Positions 43,789-52,701 of a stretch of DNA of 64,000 nt are shown piece after piece. Source of the DNA: a virus; IMG/VR virus record IMGVR_UViG_3300035670_000169, positions 5,304-69,303 of that record. One strand, written 5' to 3'. Within the stretch, counting starts at the first letter, position 1. The number at the start of each line of letters is the position of its first letter. Position numbers and translations under genes: made by a program. Below the pieces are notes generated by a model, which did no database searches, was not told where the DNA came from, and saw only the letters and a list, made by a program, of their open reading frames with translations.

Positions 43789-46176
43789 TTATATAGTTTT
43801 TCTCTGTTCAATCAGTCTGCTCTGCTCCTGTGCCTGTTTTACAACCCGAAGATCTTTTCTGTCCTCCTTGAATACCTCAAGTTTTTCTTTGAAGTCCTTT
43901 TCATCTGTCTTAAATCCAAGCATGGCCTGTGCCTTGAGCATCTCGACCTGCATTCTTCCCTGTTGTCTTATCTGTTCAATAGCTGCTTCAGCCTCTGCCT
44001 CTAACTGTATCTTACGTGCAACTAGTTCAGCTTCCAACTGCATCTCTTGCATCTTGGCCTGAGAGGCAGCCATAGCAGACTGTTGCTGAAGTTCTGCCTG
44101 TATCCTTGAGTTCTGCTCGGCCTGCTCCTGCATCTTCTGAAGACGCTTCTTGCGTCTGCTGATCAGAAGCAGTTCGGCTTGATTGACATCCTTCATGTTT
44201 CTTATGGCGATGGCATCTTCAATGTCAAGTTCGCGCTGCTGAAGAGATATCTGTATGTTCTGCTCAAGGTACTGTCTGTCCTTATCCTCCATATCCTTAA
44301 CCACTTGTACGCCGAAGTTGTACATGGGAAGGTCAGAGAAAGACGACAACACGGACATATTCTCTGTTCCGATGGCAGTCTCGTATACCTTGTAGATAAC
44401 CGAATCTTTTGGAAGGATCTGAACGCACTTCACGATGTCCTCACAAACCTTCTTATATAGAACTATAGATGCGTTTGTGATATCGTAGATAGCATTATTA
44501 CCAGCTGCAAGGGCTTGCTCTCTAACTCCAACCAGAGCCTCACCCTTTGGTGAACTTGAGTCCATCACATCGTTGATGCCAGTGACATCACGTATCATTC
44601 TGAGGTAGTGGTTATAGATACCAACCAACTCATTTATGTTACGTATAGTATTGTTTATCTCTCTGATGGGAGGGTTCTGGAATCCGCCCTCTGGGTTCTT
44701 GCTTCTATAGTAGAATATACCAGTCTGCTCATAAATGTCCTGCAAGTCCAGCGGCTGCATCTCCCCAGCTTTACCAAGCTGTACGTTCTCCAGTCCCTCG
44801 ATATCAATCACAAGACCGTCTGGCTTAGCCTTGGCGATAGCTTGTTGGATCTTGAGGTGAGTCAGTTGGATCATATCAGCAAAGCCAATACAGCTGTCCA
44901 CCATGCCCTTGGGCATCATGTTGGTCAGATTCGTGGCAATAACTGAATATGATAACCTAGCCCTACTGATGTCGTGTATGTTTCTAGGTACATTCAATGT
45001 CCTGCCATACCCAAACAGATAGTCTTCGCACCCAAGTATATATGAACCAGAGTAAACTGTAGCTATGGTCATCATGCTAGGCTTGCGCTCGTATACGCTC
45101 CCAGCCTTGGGAGTATAGTCGAATCCCTTGTAGAAAAAGTTCTTGTTTCCGTATCTGTTCTCCTTCTCCTCAAAGTACATGTTGTCAACGGAGATGAACT
45201 CGAAATCCATAACATCAACCATGTACTCGTCATATCCGTATACGTTCCTCTTAAGTCTATCGTCGTAGTGAAACTTGTCTATGCTGTACGGATCGTTATT
45301 GTACTGGTTTCTGACCTTCGTAGCAATCTTCTTCAAATCCTCCTCTGTAAGGCCACCGTTTGATACTCTACGCAGTTCGTTGATGGTGATACGCTTTATG
45401 TGACCAGCGTATACAAGGTCATCAAAATTAGGATCCTCCGTATAGCTATGCACGAATCTAGACGGATCGACATAGTCTATCTTAATACCGTAGTTAGGAT
45501 CATTGCTACGCTTTGTCACAGCCATCCCCAAGCTGCTAATATCGTTTACGCAACGTCTGTATGTGTTGTCGTTGAAGTTGTTCCAAGAAAGCGTGAGGTT
45601 GGTGGCTATCTGCGCTGATACCTCAGCATCTGTCTTGATATTGCTCCCCATGAAGATCTCTGCCTCTTCAAGCGTTTCTGGGATAGTCTCTGGATCCATG
45701 CCAAGAACTATTCCGCTTTGCTGTTTTAGTTGCAACAGTTGCTGTCTGGCCTGAACCTGCAACTCCACCACCTTCTTCTTCTCGTTCTTCTCTGATGACG
45801 ACAACGGATCAATTGCCTCAAGGTTTGGATACGGATCCCTCGACAGGATCTTGTTCACAACAACTCTATTAAACTTTGGGAGTATCGGAACTGGTGTATA
45901 GTCTATGTTTACAAGGCTACCATCGTTGCTATTGGGATCTAGTGTATGGAGCAGCTTCTTGTATATCGATGTATCTTGAGTTCCATTGGCATAGTTCCTA
46001 CATCTTTCAAACATCACGTTTCTTCTAGAGAAAAGTGAGTCTGTTGAGTTTAGCTTACCCCACTGATTCTCAATAGCCTTAGCATACTGAAGGCCGTATT
46101 CTTTTGATTCCTTAACCTCCATCGGGGCCAAAGGATCTGGAAAGCCACCAGTATTCTTTTTGTCTTTGCTATACAT
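43789..46176 (-). CDS. portal protein
   Basis: Motifs YANGTQD...IDYTPVPILPKF..VVVNKI; coiled-coil C-terminus; adjacent to TerL; start at MYSK after the TATATTTG box at 46206-46213. Confidence 0.85.
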   Translation of the reverse strand: MYSKDKKNTGGFPDPLAPMEVKESKEYGLQYAKAIENQWGKLNSTDSLFSRRNVMFERCRNYANGTQDTSIYKKLLHTLDPNSNDGSLVNIDYTPVPILPKFNRVVVNKILSRDPYPNLEAIDPLSSSEKNEKKKVVELQVQARQQLLQLKQQSGIVLGMDPETIPETLEEAEIFMGSNIKTDAEVSAQIATNLTLSWNNFNDNTYRRCVNDISSLGMAVTKRSNDPNYGIKIDYVDPSRFVHSYTEDPNFDDLVYAGHIKRITINELRRVSNGGLTEEDLKKIATKVRNQYNNDPYSIDKFHYDDRLKRNVYGYDEYMVDVMDFEFISVDNMYFEEKENRYGNKNFFYKGFDYTPKAGSVYERKPSMMTIATVYSGSYILGCEDYLFGYGRTLNVPRNIHDISRARLSYSVIATNLTNMMPKGMVDSCIGFADMIQLTHLKIQQAIAKAKPDGLVIDIEGLENVQLGKAGEMQPLDLQDIYEQTGIFYYRSKNPEGGFQNPPIREINNTIRNINELVGIYNHYLRMIRDVTGINDVMDSSSPKGEALVGVREQALAAGNNAIYDITNASIVLYKKVCEDIVKCVQILPKDSVIYKVYETAIGTENMSVLSSFSDLPMYNFGVQVVKDMEDKDRQYLEQNIQISLQQRELDIEDAIAIRNMKDVNQAELLLISRRKKRLQKMQEQAEQNSRIQAELQQQSAMAASQAKMQEMQLEAELVARKIQLEAEAEAAIEQIRQQGRMQVEMLKAQAMLGFKTDEKDFKEKLEVFKEDRKDLRVVKQAQEQSRLIEQRKTI

Positions 46177-46218
46177 TATTTGGGAAGATACTATACGTAA
46201 CCCAGCAAATATACGCAA

Positions 46219-48336
46219 TCAACCAATTACATTATATTTCCTAAAGAACACCTTGTCAGTAAACTGTGGTTTTGGTTTAGCATTTGGTTTCTGTGCAGCA
46301 AGCAGCGCCAAACCAGAACTAATGGTCAAGTCAAACTTAGTTCTCTTGTCTATCTTAAATGCAATCCAGTCTTCAAGCGTTTTGTTGAAGTACATATTCC
46401 CCATCTCTCCAGTCTCGTGGTTTATCCCTATGTGGTTGTGTACGTAGTGTTCTATCGCCTGAGCGTGCGCGTGTATCACATCCTGCGAGTTCGATGGTAT
46501 GCCTTTGGTCTTTACGTTTACGTGAGACGAGGATGACTTCAGATGTTCTGGCCGATCCATGATATACCCATCGTATCCCCTGCTCTCGAAATGTCTTACG
46601 ATCCCGTACTTGTTGTTCTCTATAAGTAACGGATAACCATAGAAGAAAGCACACATAAGAACGTCCTCGTAGAATATCTTGGCCATGTCTGGACGTGAAG
46701 CGTACTCCACAACAAACATATTAGATGGCCTGTTCATGGAGAACTTGTTGTACATATGCATGGACCCCTTAGACCCCCTGCCATCTAGAGTAGCATCGAT
46801 ATCATACGAGTCAACACCACCACAACCATATTGACTAAAGGGGGCTATTCGCTGGCCCCTTTCCTCGTTGATGATACAGCGTTCGTCTTCTGGGGGCAAC
46901 CAGGATACTCTGAAACGTCCGTTGATGTCTGGGGAAAACACAACCTTCTTGTCTTTCTCCTCCCATATAAAGTTCCCTTGAACCACAGGGTTTGGGAATA
47001 GGTCTTGGTTGTGCTCTATCTGTTCATAGATCTTACCTACGTTGAAAAGACTCCCAGAGACGCTGTCACGGAACGCTTCGTCTTCGTTGAAGGGGAACTG
47101 CCTGATAATCTCATTCATTTCTGAAGAGTCGTGTCTCAAGCTGTCGCGTTCATTCTTCAGGAACTCCTTAGCTCCAGTAGATATGTACATACCTTCTTCT
47201 ATGCTTTCTACTGGCTTCTCTGGAGTCTCTACTACAGCATTCCCATACTTGTCAAAGAAACCTTCTAGGGCTTCGTAGGCTGGTATGATGATGCGATACA
47301 TGCCGCTCTTGGTTCTGCCGTTGGCATTGCGTTCGGATGGGTCACTGTCTAGCCACAGTCTCTTGTACTCGTCTCCGCCCTTGTCCATTGGGTTTACGGT
47401 AGAGCCCATAAGCACCTTCCCAATAATCTTGTTACCAACCAGCAGACACGTCCTTTCTATACGCCAAGCCTCTCTTATGTCCGATGGCTTCTCCCACTTT
47501 CCAGCCTCATCCAGATATAGCAGGTGTACCTTCTCACCGTCATAGGCGTTGTTTGTCGTGTTCCTCCAGTTGATCACTGTGTTCAACGCCTCTCCCACCA
47601 TAGTGGTCTTGTTCTTCTTCGTAATCCTCTTTGCTGGCTCTCTGAACGCCAACTCCATCCTAGGGTTCGTGGTTCCATCCTGTATAGGCTTGAAGAACCA
47701 TGGGTAGTTTGTGAATATAGATACCACCTTCTTCATGAAGATGTTCTCCTGAGCATCCTTACCAGTCTTCGACTGAATGCCAAGGAGTTTGTCAGATACC
47801 TGCGTACCTTCATCCACAAGTATGCTGGAGCAAACGTTAGTATATCCTGAACGTCTGCACTTAACGAATAGCTGACCAAAGCACCTAGGGTCAGCCTCAC
47901 ACGCTGCAAAGTGTAGTAGTATCTCACGTTGGAATTGATAGAAGCTGGGGTATCCTACATCGATCTTAGACCACTGCAAGAACATATAGTGTCTCCCAGT
48001 TATATATGTTGGAACGCCGTTGTTGTAGAACCACAACCCGTTTCTCCTGCGTTCAAACTCCTTCTCAATATACGACGAGTACTTGTCCTTAAACTCCACT
48101 GACCTCTCGTTCCACTCGTCTATACTTTTTATCTTAGATATTTCTACAGGTACTGGCAATCTTGTCCAGTACTGCTCAGACTTCTTTTTGTCATGAAATA
48201 GGATCTGGTTTTTTGGGGGCATCTTGGGAAGGACAACAAGAAGACCGTGGAGTTCAAGAGTTTCCCCCTGTGTCCCGTTAGGATCTATCTTGATGCCCTT
48301 CTCCTTGTAGCCCTTTATGTCAACCAGTGACGACAT
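46219..48336 (-). CDS. terL: terminase large subunit
   Basis: YITGRHYMFLQW, KCRRSGYT (Walker A region), LYLDEAGKW (Walker B); nuclease GGVDSYD...FDLTISSG. Confidence 0.92.
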   Translation of the reverse strand: MSSLVDIKGYKEKGIKIDPNGTQGETLELHGLLVVLPKMPPKNQILFHDKKKSEQYWTRLPVPVEISKIKSIDEWNERSVEFKDKYSSYIEKEFERRRNGLWFYNNGVPTYITGRHYMFLQWSKIDVGYPSFYQFQREILLHFAACEADPRCFGQLFVKCRRSGYTNVCSSILVDEGTQVSDKLLGIQSKTGKDAQENIFMKKVVSIFTNYPWFFKPIQDGTTNPRMELAFREPAKRITKKNKTTMVGEALNTVINWRNTTNNAYDGEKVHLLYLDEAGKWEKPSDIREAWRIERTCLLVGNKIIGKVLMGSTVNPMDKGGDEYKRLWLDSDPSERNANGRTKSGMYRIIIPAYEALEGFFDKYGNAVVETPEKPVESIEEGMYISTGAKEFLKNERDSLRHDSSEMNEIIRQFPFNEDEAFRDSVSGSLFNVGKIYEQIEHNQDLFPNPVVQGNFIWEEKDKKVVFSPDINGRFRVSWLPPEDERCIINEERGQRIAPFSQYGCGGVDSYDIDATLDGRGSKGSMHMYNKFSMNRPSNMFVVEYASRPDMAKIFYEDVLMCAFFYGYPLLIENNKYGIVRHFESRGYDGYIMDRPEHLKSSSSHVNVKTKGIPSNSQDVIHAHAQAIEHYVHNHIGINHETGEMGNMYFNKTLEDWIAFKIDKRTKFDLTISSGLALLAAQKPNAKPKPQFTDKVFFRKYNVIG

Positions 48337-48509
48337 TAGAATCTAACCTCAAGACATGTAACGCAACAAGGCTTTTCACCAGGAAAAATTGGCCCAGAAG
48401 CATTCAATTGCTTGCGCTTGTAGTACCTATTGCTCTTTGCTACCTCTTGTGTTGGTGAGCAAGACGCGAAAACAACAGCAAGGCCCAAGAAGAAGATGAC
48501 TGACTTCAT
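48336..48509 (-). CDS. 57-aa lipoprotein (MKSVIFFLGLAVVFASCSPT...PCCVTCLEVRF)
   Basis: Translated by hand. Signal peptide with lipobox FAS-C; overlaps the thyX stop and the terL start. Confidence 0.6.
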   Translation of the reverse strand: MKSVIFFLGLAVVFASCSPTQEVAKSNRYYKRKQLNASGPIFPGEKPCCVTCLEVRF

Positions 48510-49144
48510 ACCGTGAATTTAAGAGAATTAGACGTGACTGGAAGTTGTTCTGCAAAGATATGCTTGATCGTGTTTGCTATGACACGGATTTCTTTCTGAG
48601 CGTGGCGGTCATCTCTGATCTGTATGAAATGGATCCATGACCTTACGCTACCCGTCATGTGGATCGTTGTCTTTGTGGCCAATGGGAGGATAAACCTAGC
48701 CGTCTCACGAGATACCCCAGACTCGATAAGATTGTTATAAAGCTGTTCACAAGCGGCGAGAACCATATCTACCTTGCTGTTTAACACGGCAGAATTCATT
48801 GATTCACTAGAAGACTGCCTATTTGATTCAGCTTGCCACCTAAGATCAATCGGTTCGAATATACTCCTACCATCAGACAGCAGGTTTACATCTTGGTATC
48901 TCTGGCTGAACTCCTGAAATGTAAAGCTCCTGTGCCTCAATAGTTGTATGGCTATGGCCTTGCTCGTCTCTATTTCAAACGTCATGTATGAGTGCTCGAA
49001 AGGAGACCAGTGTTTGTTTACTATCAAGTACCTTATGAGGGACTCGTAGTTTTGCTTCTTGTTCTTTCTCGAACTAGATACACGAGCAACCTCAACAATA
49101 TGATGCTCAGCATTTGGTGTGATTGACAAAAGTTTTACTTTCAT
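48506..49144 (-). CDS. thyX: FAD-dependent thymidylate synthase
   Basis: HWSPFEH, ThyX motif RHRSFTFQEFSQRY, ARFILP, AQKEIR. Confidence 0.95.
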   Translation of the reverse strand: MKVKLLSITPNAEHHIVEVARVSSSRKNKKQNYESLIRYLIVNKHWSPFEHSYMTFEIETSKAIAIQLLRHRSFTFQEFSQRYQDVNLLSDGRSIFEPIDLRWQAESNRQSSSESMNSAVLNSKVDMVLAACEQLYNNLIESGVSRETARFILPLATKTTIHMTGSVRSWIHFIQIRDDRHAQKEIRVIANTIKHIFAEQLPVTSNSLKFTV

Positions 49145-49145
49145 T

Positions 49146-49676
49146 TTATTCCCAGTAGATTTCTTCTCCTCTTAAGTAGAGTTTTTTCTCCTCTGATTTT
49201 TCTTCAGAGATAAAGTGTCTGTCTGTAAAAAGACAGTAGTTGTTTGGCATCAAGCAAAACTGACCACTTTCAAGATTCACAAGATTAAGTGGCTTGTGCT
49301 CTTGCGGATATATGCTATATCCGTCCTTCCAATCAACCATAATGCCTGTATGCCTTCCTTTACCAGCTTTGGTTTTTACCTCAAGGCCGTGAAGATAATG
49401 AACGTGCCACACATCCATATCATCACCCATACATTTCCACGGCATCAGTTCTTTATGATCAAGTGAAAAATCTTTTGTAGTGGAGACCCCGTGAAGAGGA
49501 AGCCCGCTCCAATGAGCGCCAGTTTCAAGGACTACGTGACACAGCAAAACTTGATACTCACGACCATATACAGCATGCCATATACCCTTTGTAACGCCTT
49601 CTGGCATATTCGGGCCAAGCATCTTGTTATCTACGTTTATGTAGAAGTGATGCGGAAGATTTGCGTGCTTGCTCAC
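49146..49676 (-). CDS. conserved hypothetical phage protein
   Basis: GTG-start ORF with HANLP...EHK...GQFCLMPNN. Confidence 0.6.
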   Translation of the reverse strand: MSKHANLPHHFYINVDNKMLGPNMPEGVTKGIWHAVYGREYQVLLCHVVLETGAHWSGLPLHGVSTTKDFSLDHKELMPWKCMGDDMDVWHVHYLHGLEVKTKAGKGRHTGIMVDWKDGYSIYPQEHKPLNLVNLESGQFCLMPNNYCLFTDRHFISEEKSEEKKLYLRGEEIYWE

Positions 49677-49839
49677 GAGAGTTTTGCTTTCATTTGATTT
49701 GCAACCGTGATGGTTTTTTACTTCATTGAATTGTTATTGCAGCTATAATGATGCATTTTTGCTTCATTTGCATCAACAATCAAGCATTATGTTCAAGGGT
49801 AATTCCCGAGTTTGGATCATTTTTACTCCCGAGTTTGGC

Positions 49840-50195
49840 TAGTCCTTTTTGTTGGCGTTAACAGAATGGTAACTCATTGCTGTTTGTTTTCATAATTTTC
49901 AATTGACTCTGCAAGCCGACTATACATCTCTTTTATTCTCATCCCTAATTGATAAGGGTCTGCGTATTTAATTTCTTCCAATGTCAAAGCATGATTTGCC
50001 TTAAACCATTGGGGTGTTTTCGATTGCTTCTCTTGCCATAATAGGCCCTTGTATTTTTTGTAAGTCACTTCATGCATTGTAACTAAACACTCGAAGCGCA
50101 TTTCGCACACTCGTCTTGTGTCAGCCACTGTTTCAGGGACTGGGGTTATTTGAAACTCGCTCATTAGTCCTTTTTGTTGGTGTTAACAAAATGGT
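49840..50195. repeat. 31-bp direct repeat pair (49840-49870 and 50165-50195) flanking one ORF
   Basis: tagtcctttttgttggYgttaacaRaatggt, with 2 mismatches between the copies. Confidence 0.85.
49874..50164 (-). CDS. hypothetical protein
   Basis: 96-aa ORF between the direct repeats. Confidence 0.55.
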   Translation of the reverse strand: MSEFQITPVPETVADTRRVCEMRFECLVTMHEVTYKKYKGLLWQEKQSKTPQWFKANHALTLEEIKYADPYQLGMRIKEMYSRLAESIENYENKQQ

Positions 50196-50419
50196 CAATC
50201 ATACCTTTCGTTATAGTAATCTAATCCACTTTTACATTCCCAGATACTACCATTGTAATCTCTTTCTTCTCTTCCTCCATTAAATGCCTCTTCAATCTGG
50301 TCTCGATGCATCTCTTTGGCCTGCTCTACTACCTTACTTATTTTTTCCCATTCGCTGGGGTATAACTCAAGAATATTGTCTAATGCGTCCCATAACCACT
50401 CTACTGCTGTCTGTTTCAT
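50195..50419 (-). CDS. hypothetical protein (MKQTAVEWL family)
   Basis: Pattern MKQTAVEWL...EQAKEM..QI, common in Bacteroidota phages. Confidence 0.65.
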   Translation of the reverse strand: MKQTAVEWLWDALDNILELYPSEWEKISKVVEQAKEMHRDQIEEAFNGGREERDYNGSIWECKSGLDYYNERYD

Positions 50420-50667
50420 TTTTCTTTTTTGTAGGTGTCATGGTCATTAACAAGGTCAAATTGATCACCAATCTCCCTTAATGCACCCCCTAAAATCTTT
50501 GCAAGATTTCGAACTGCATCAAGTTCAAGAGATTCTAACCATTTGTCTTGTATTGCTACGGGACAATCCTCAAAGCAAGTGGGTTGTTTTTTCTCTTCAT
50601 CTTCAAACTTGTGCAAGATGTACACTCCGCTAAGGTTCCTCCGTTTCAACTCATTCATAGTATCCAT
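50416..50667 (-). CDS. hypothetical protein
   Basis: 83-aa ORF coupled to the next gene. Confidence 0.55.
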   Translation of the reverse strand: MDTMNELKRRNLSGVYILHKFEDEEKKQPTCFEDCPVAIQDKWLESLELDAVRNLAKILGGALREIGDQFDLVNDHDTYKKEK

Positions 50668-50683
50668 TGTGTTTCTGGATTTA

Positions 50684-50786
50684 GCAGTCAGGGCAGGATT
50701 CGAACCTGCAATGTGGCCTCGTAAAGAGGATCATACCTTTTTGACTTACCGAGCTTGAGCCCGCTTACATATCCACTACCTGACTA
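50684..50786 (-). ncRNA. tRNA-like RNA with an intact acceptor stem and T-arm but an expanded, non-canonical 5' half
   Basis: AGTCAGG/CCTGACT acceptor and GCAGG-TTCGAAT-CCTGC T-arm; about 100 nt; no canonical D-arm. Confidence 0.55.
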
Positions 50787-50791
50787 TATAG

Positions 50792-50864
50792 AGCTTCTGA
50801 AAGGAGTCGAACCCTCAACCTACTGAGTACAAATCAGTTGCTCTACCAATTGAGCTACAGAAGC
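50792..50864 (-). tRNA. trnT: tRNA-Thr(UGU)
   Basis: GCTTCTG acceptor, anticodon loop TT-TGT-AC, GGTTCGACTCC T-arm. Confidence 0.9.
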
Positions 50865-50865
50865 A

Positions 50866-50941
50866 TGGCACGTCAGGCAGGAATCGAACCTACAGCTTTC
50901 GGTTTTGGAGACCGACACTCTACCTATTGAGCTACTGACGT
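50866..50941 (-). tRNA. trnW: tRNA-Trp(CCA) with an encoded 3'-CCA
   Basis: TCGGT-CTCCAAA-ACCGA anticodon arm. Confidence 0.92.
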
Positions 50942-50974
50942 GTTTCTTGTGATCACAGATTGTGATATCAAGAG

Positions 50975-51048
50975 TAGGGGCGACAGGAATCGAACCTGTA
51001 ACCTTGATGATATAAGCATCCTGCTCTAACCAACTGAGCTACGCCCCC
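50975..51048 (-). tRNA. trnI: tRNA-Ile(UAU)
   Basis: GATG-CTTATAT-CATC anticodon arm, canonical cloverleaf, A73. Confidence 0.85.
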
Positions 51049-51102
51049 AGTTAATCGCACCCGTTTAATCGTAGAGGTGCAGAACGCGAAATAAAGACCA
51101 GT

Positions 51103-51115
51103 ACGTCAAAGAATT
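51103..51115 (-). promoter_or_regulatory. boxA-like antitermination element
   Basis: AATTCTTTGACGT directly after tRNA-Arg, resembling rrn boxA. Confidence 0.4.
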
Positions 51116-51116
51116 G

Positions 51117-51190
51117 TACGCCCGACAGGATTCGAACCTGTGACCAACAGCTTAGAAGGCTGTTGCTCTATCCAGCTGAGCTACGAGCGC
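51117..51190 (-). tRNA. trnR: tRNA-Arg(UCU)
   Basis: ACAGC-CTTCTAA-GCTGT anticodon arm. Confidence 0.92.
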
Positions 51191-51199
51191 GGGTTATTG

Positions 51200-51266
51200 C
51201 GCCCTGTGCAGGAGTCGAACCTGCCGCGTCCGAGTATTAGTCGGGGCTCCCGTGAGCTTACAGGGC
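51200..51266 (-). tRNA. miniature 67-nt tRNA with anticodon AAU and a 4-nt D-loop
   Basis: GCCCTGT/ACAGGGC acceptor, GCTC-ACGG-GAGC D-arm, CCGA-CTAATAC-TCGG anticodon arm, GCAGG-TTCGACT-CCTGC T-arm. Confidence 0.65.
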
Positions 51267-51274
51267 TAGGCTAG

Positions 51275-51553
51275 TTAAGCCTTCTTTCTGTCTGGGATGA
51301 TCGCGTTGATCACAGAATCAAACAGGCCAAACACCTTGTTGTCTCTTTCGGTAGGGGCGAGGTTGACAACAACCTTAACCAACGCCAAGAAAGCAATAAG
51401 AAGTTCGGTGATGATTCCAGGTGTAAACCACCCAGACTCGGCGGTCGCTTCGTTCGGTGCATTTTGAGCAACCGTTGTAGAATCTGCAACGGCTGTGAGG
51501 GTGTCCGCCACCAATGGCAGCGAATCAACCACATTTACAAGGGTATCAATCAT
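51275..51553 (-). CDS. small membrane protein, possible holin
   Basis: Hydrophobic LLIAFLALVKVVVNLAPT..DNKVFG with a basic C-terminus. Confidence 0.55.
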   Translation of the reverse strand: MIDTLVNVVDSLPLVADTLTAVADSTTVAQNAPNEATAESGWFTPGIITELLIAFLALVKVVVNLAPTERDNKVFGLFDSVINAIIPDRKKA

Positions 51554-51618
51554 AAGTGGTGTTTTTTAGGAATTCTATTCCGTAAATGTACGGCCCGCAA
51601 GTCGATACAACCAAATGT

Positions 51619-52701
51619 TTAGTCATCCATTTTGTACCATCCCCCATATCTCAGCCCGTCAACCATCTTGAAAACCTCGTCGTACCTGGCTCCACATGCG
51701 CTCAAACTATACTGATCTCTAGCTAGTTTGGCAATGTTAGCCCTGTTAAGATCTTTTGAGGCATGTACAGCGTCGATCCACTGCTTTAGCGTCTTGCATC
51801 TAAATCCATTTACGCCGTGGACAACGGTTTCAGTAAACGCCCCGTAGTCTACAGCGATCAGTGGTGTTCCGCACAGAAGCCCCTCTACCCCAGCACCACC
51901 GAACGGCTCTACGTAAGAGGTCGGCATGAGCTGACATAGGGCATTGCCGATGAACTCGTCACGCTCTGTTCCAGATAGCACCCCAACATACTCTATGTTC
52001 TCATGGAGATACGGAGTTGGATCCCCCTGACCAGCAATCTTTACTGGTATGTCAATCCTCTTGGCTATCTCCACAATTGTGTCCAATCCCTTTATGCTGG
52101 AGATTCTCCCCATAAAGGCCACATACTCCCCTTGCTTTTCCCTGACAGTCCACTTATCTATGTCGTAGTAGTTTGGGATAACCCACATATAGTTGTTACC
52201 ACCTAGATTCTTTTGGCCAGACCAGTAATGCATCTTAGCATAGCTTTCAAAGACCTTGAAACTTGAGTCAATGCAATCTGGATAACCAATCCCTGTCTCT
52301 ACATGGCTGTTTCTGTTGAACACTTCTACAACTTTAGTGTGCGCTATACCGAACGGATGACATATAATGTCACCGTCCTTCACATTCTCAAGCATGGCGA
52401 TCAACAGCCTACGTTCAAACTCCGTATGGTGCTGTGTCCCCATAACAGCATCATTACCATAGAACTCCTCCTTCTCCTTTTTAGTGATCATAGAGAATAG
52501 TTCTTCTTTGGTGAGCATGACATGCTTTTCATCTGCCGTACTCTCAGAACCCTCGTTGGAGTATTCCACTACACGATACCCATACTCTTGCATCATCTTC
52601 GGGAAGCGCAAAGCCTTCCCAGTAAATGCACAGTGTGAATGTTCATCTGAGTGGATTGTGTGGAATATCCCTATCAGATGAAGTGTTGGCTTATTGCTCA
52701 T
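51619..52701 (-). CDS. GT-B glycosyltransferase (GT4 / Glycos_transf_1)
   Basis: FMGRISSIKG, and EPFGGAGVEGLLCGTP (ExxxxxxxE). Confidence 0.9.
   Translation of the reverse strand: MSNKPTLHLIGIFHTIHSDEHSHCAFTGKALRFPKMMQEYGYRVVEYSNEGSESTADEKHVMLTKEELFSMITKKEKEEFYGNDAVMGTQHHTEFERRLLIAMLENVKDGDIICHPFGIAHTKVVEVFNRNSHVETGIGYPDCIDSSFKVFESYAKMHYWSGQKNLGGNNYMWVIPNYYDIDKWTVREKQGEYVAFMGRISSIKGLDTIVEIAKRIDIPVKIAGQGDPTPYLHENIEYVGVLSGTERDEFIGNALCQLMPTSYVEPFGGAGVEGLLCGTPLIAVDYGAFTETVVHGVNGFRCKTLKQWIDAVHASKDLNRANIAKLARDQYSLSACGARYDEVFKMVDGLRYGGWYKMDD

Noticed and set aside
50684-51266. tRNA array as a prophage attachment site or host boundary
   Set aside because: Phage genes continue on both sides, and no integrase or host housekeeping genes are present in the window.
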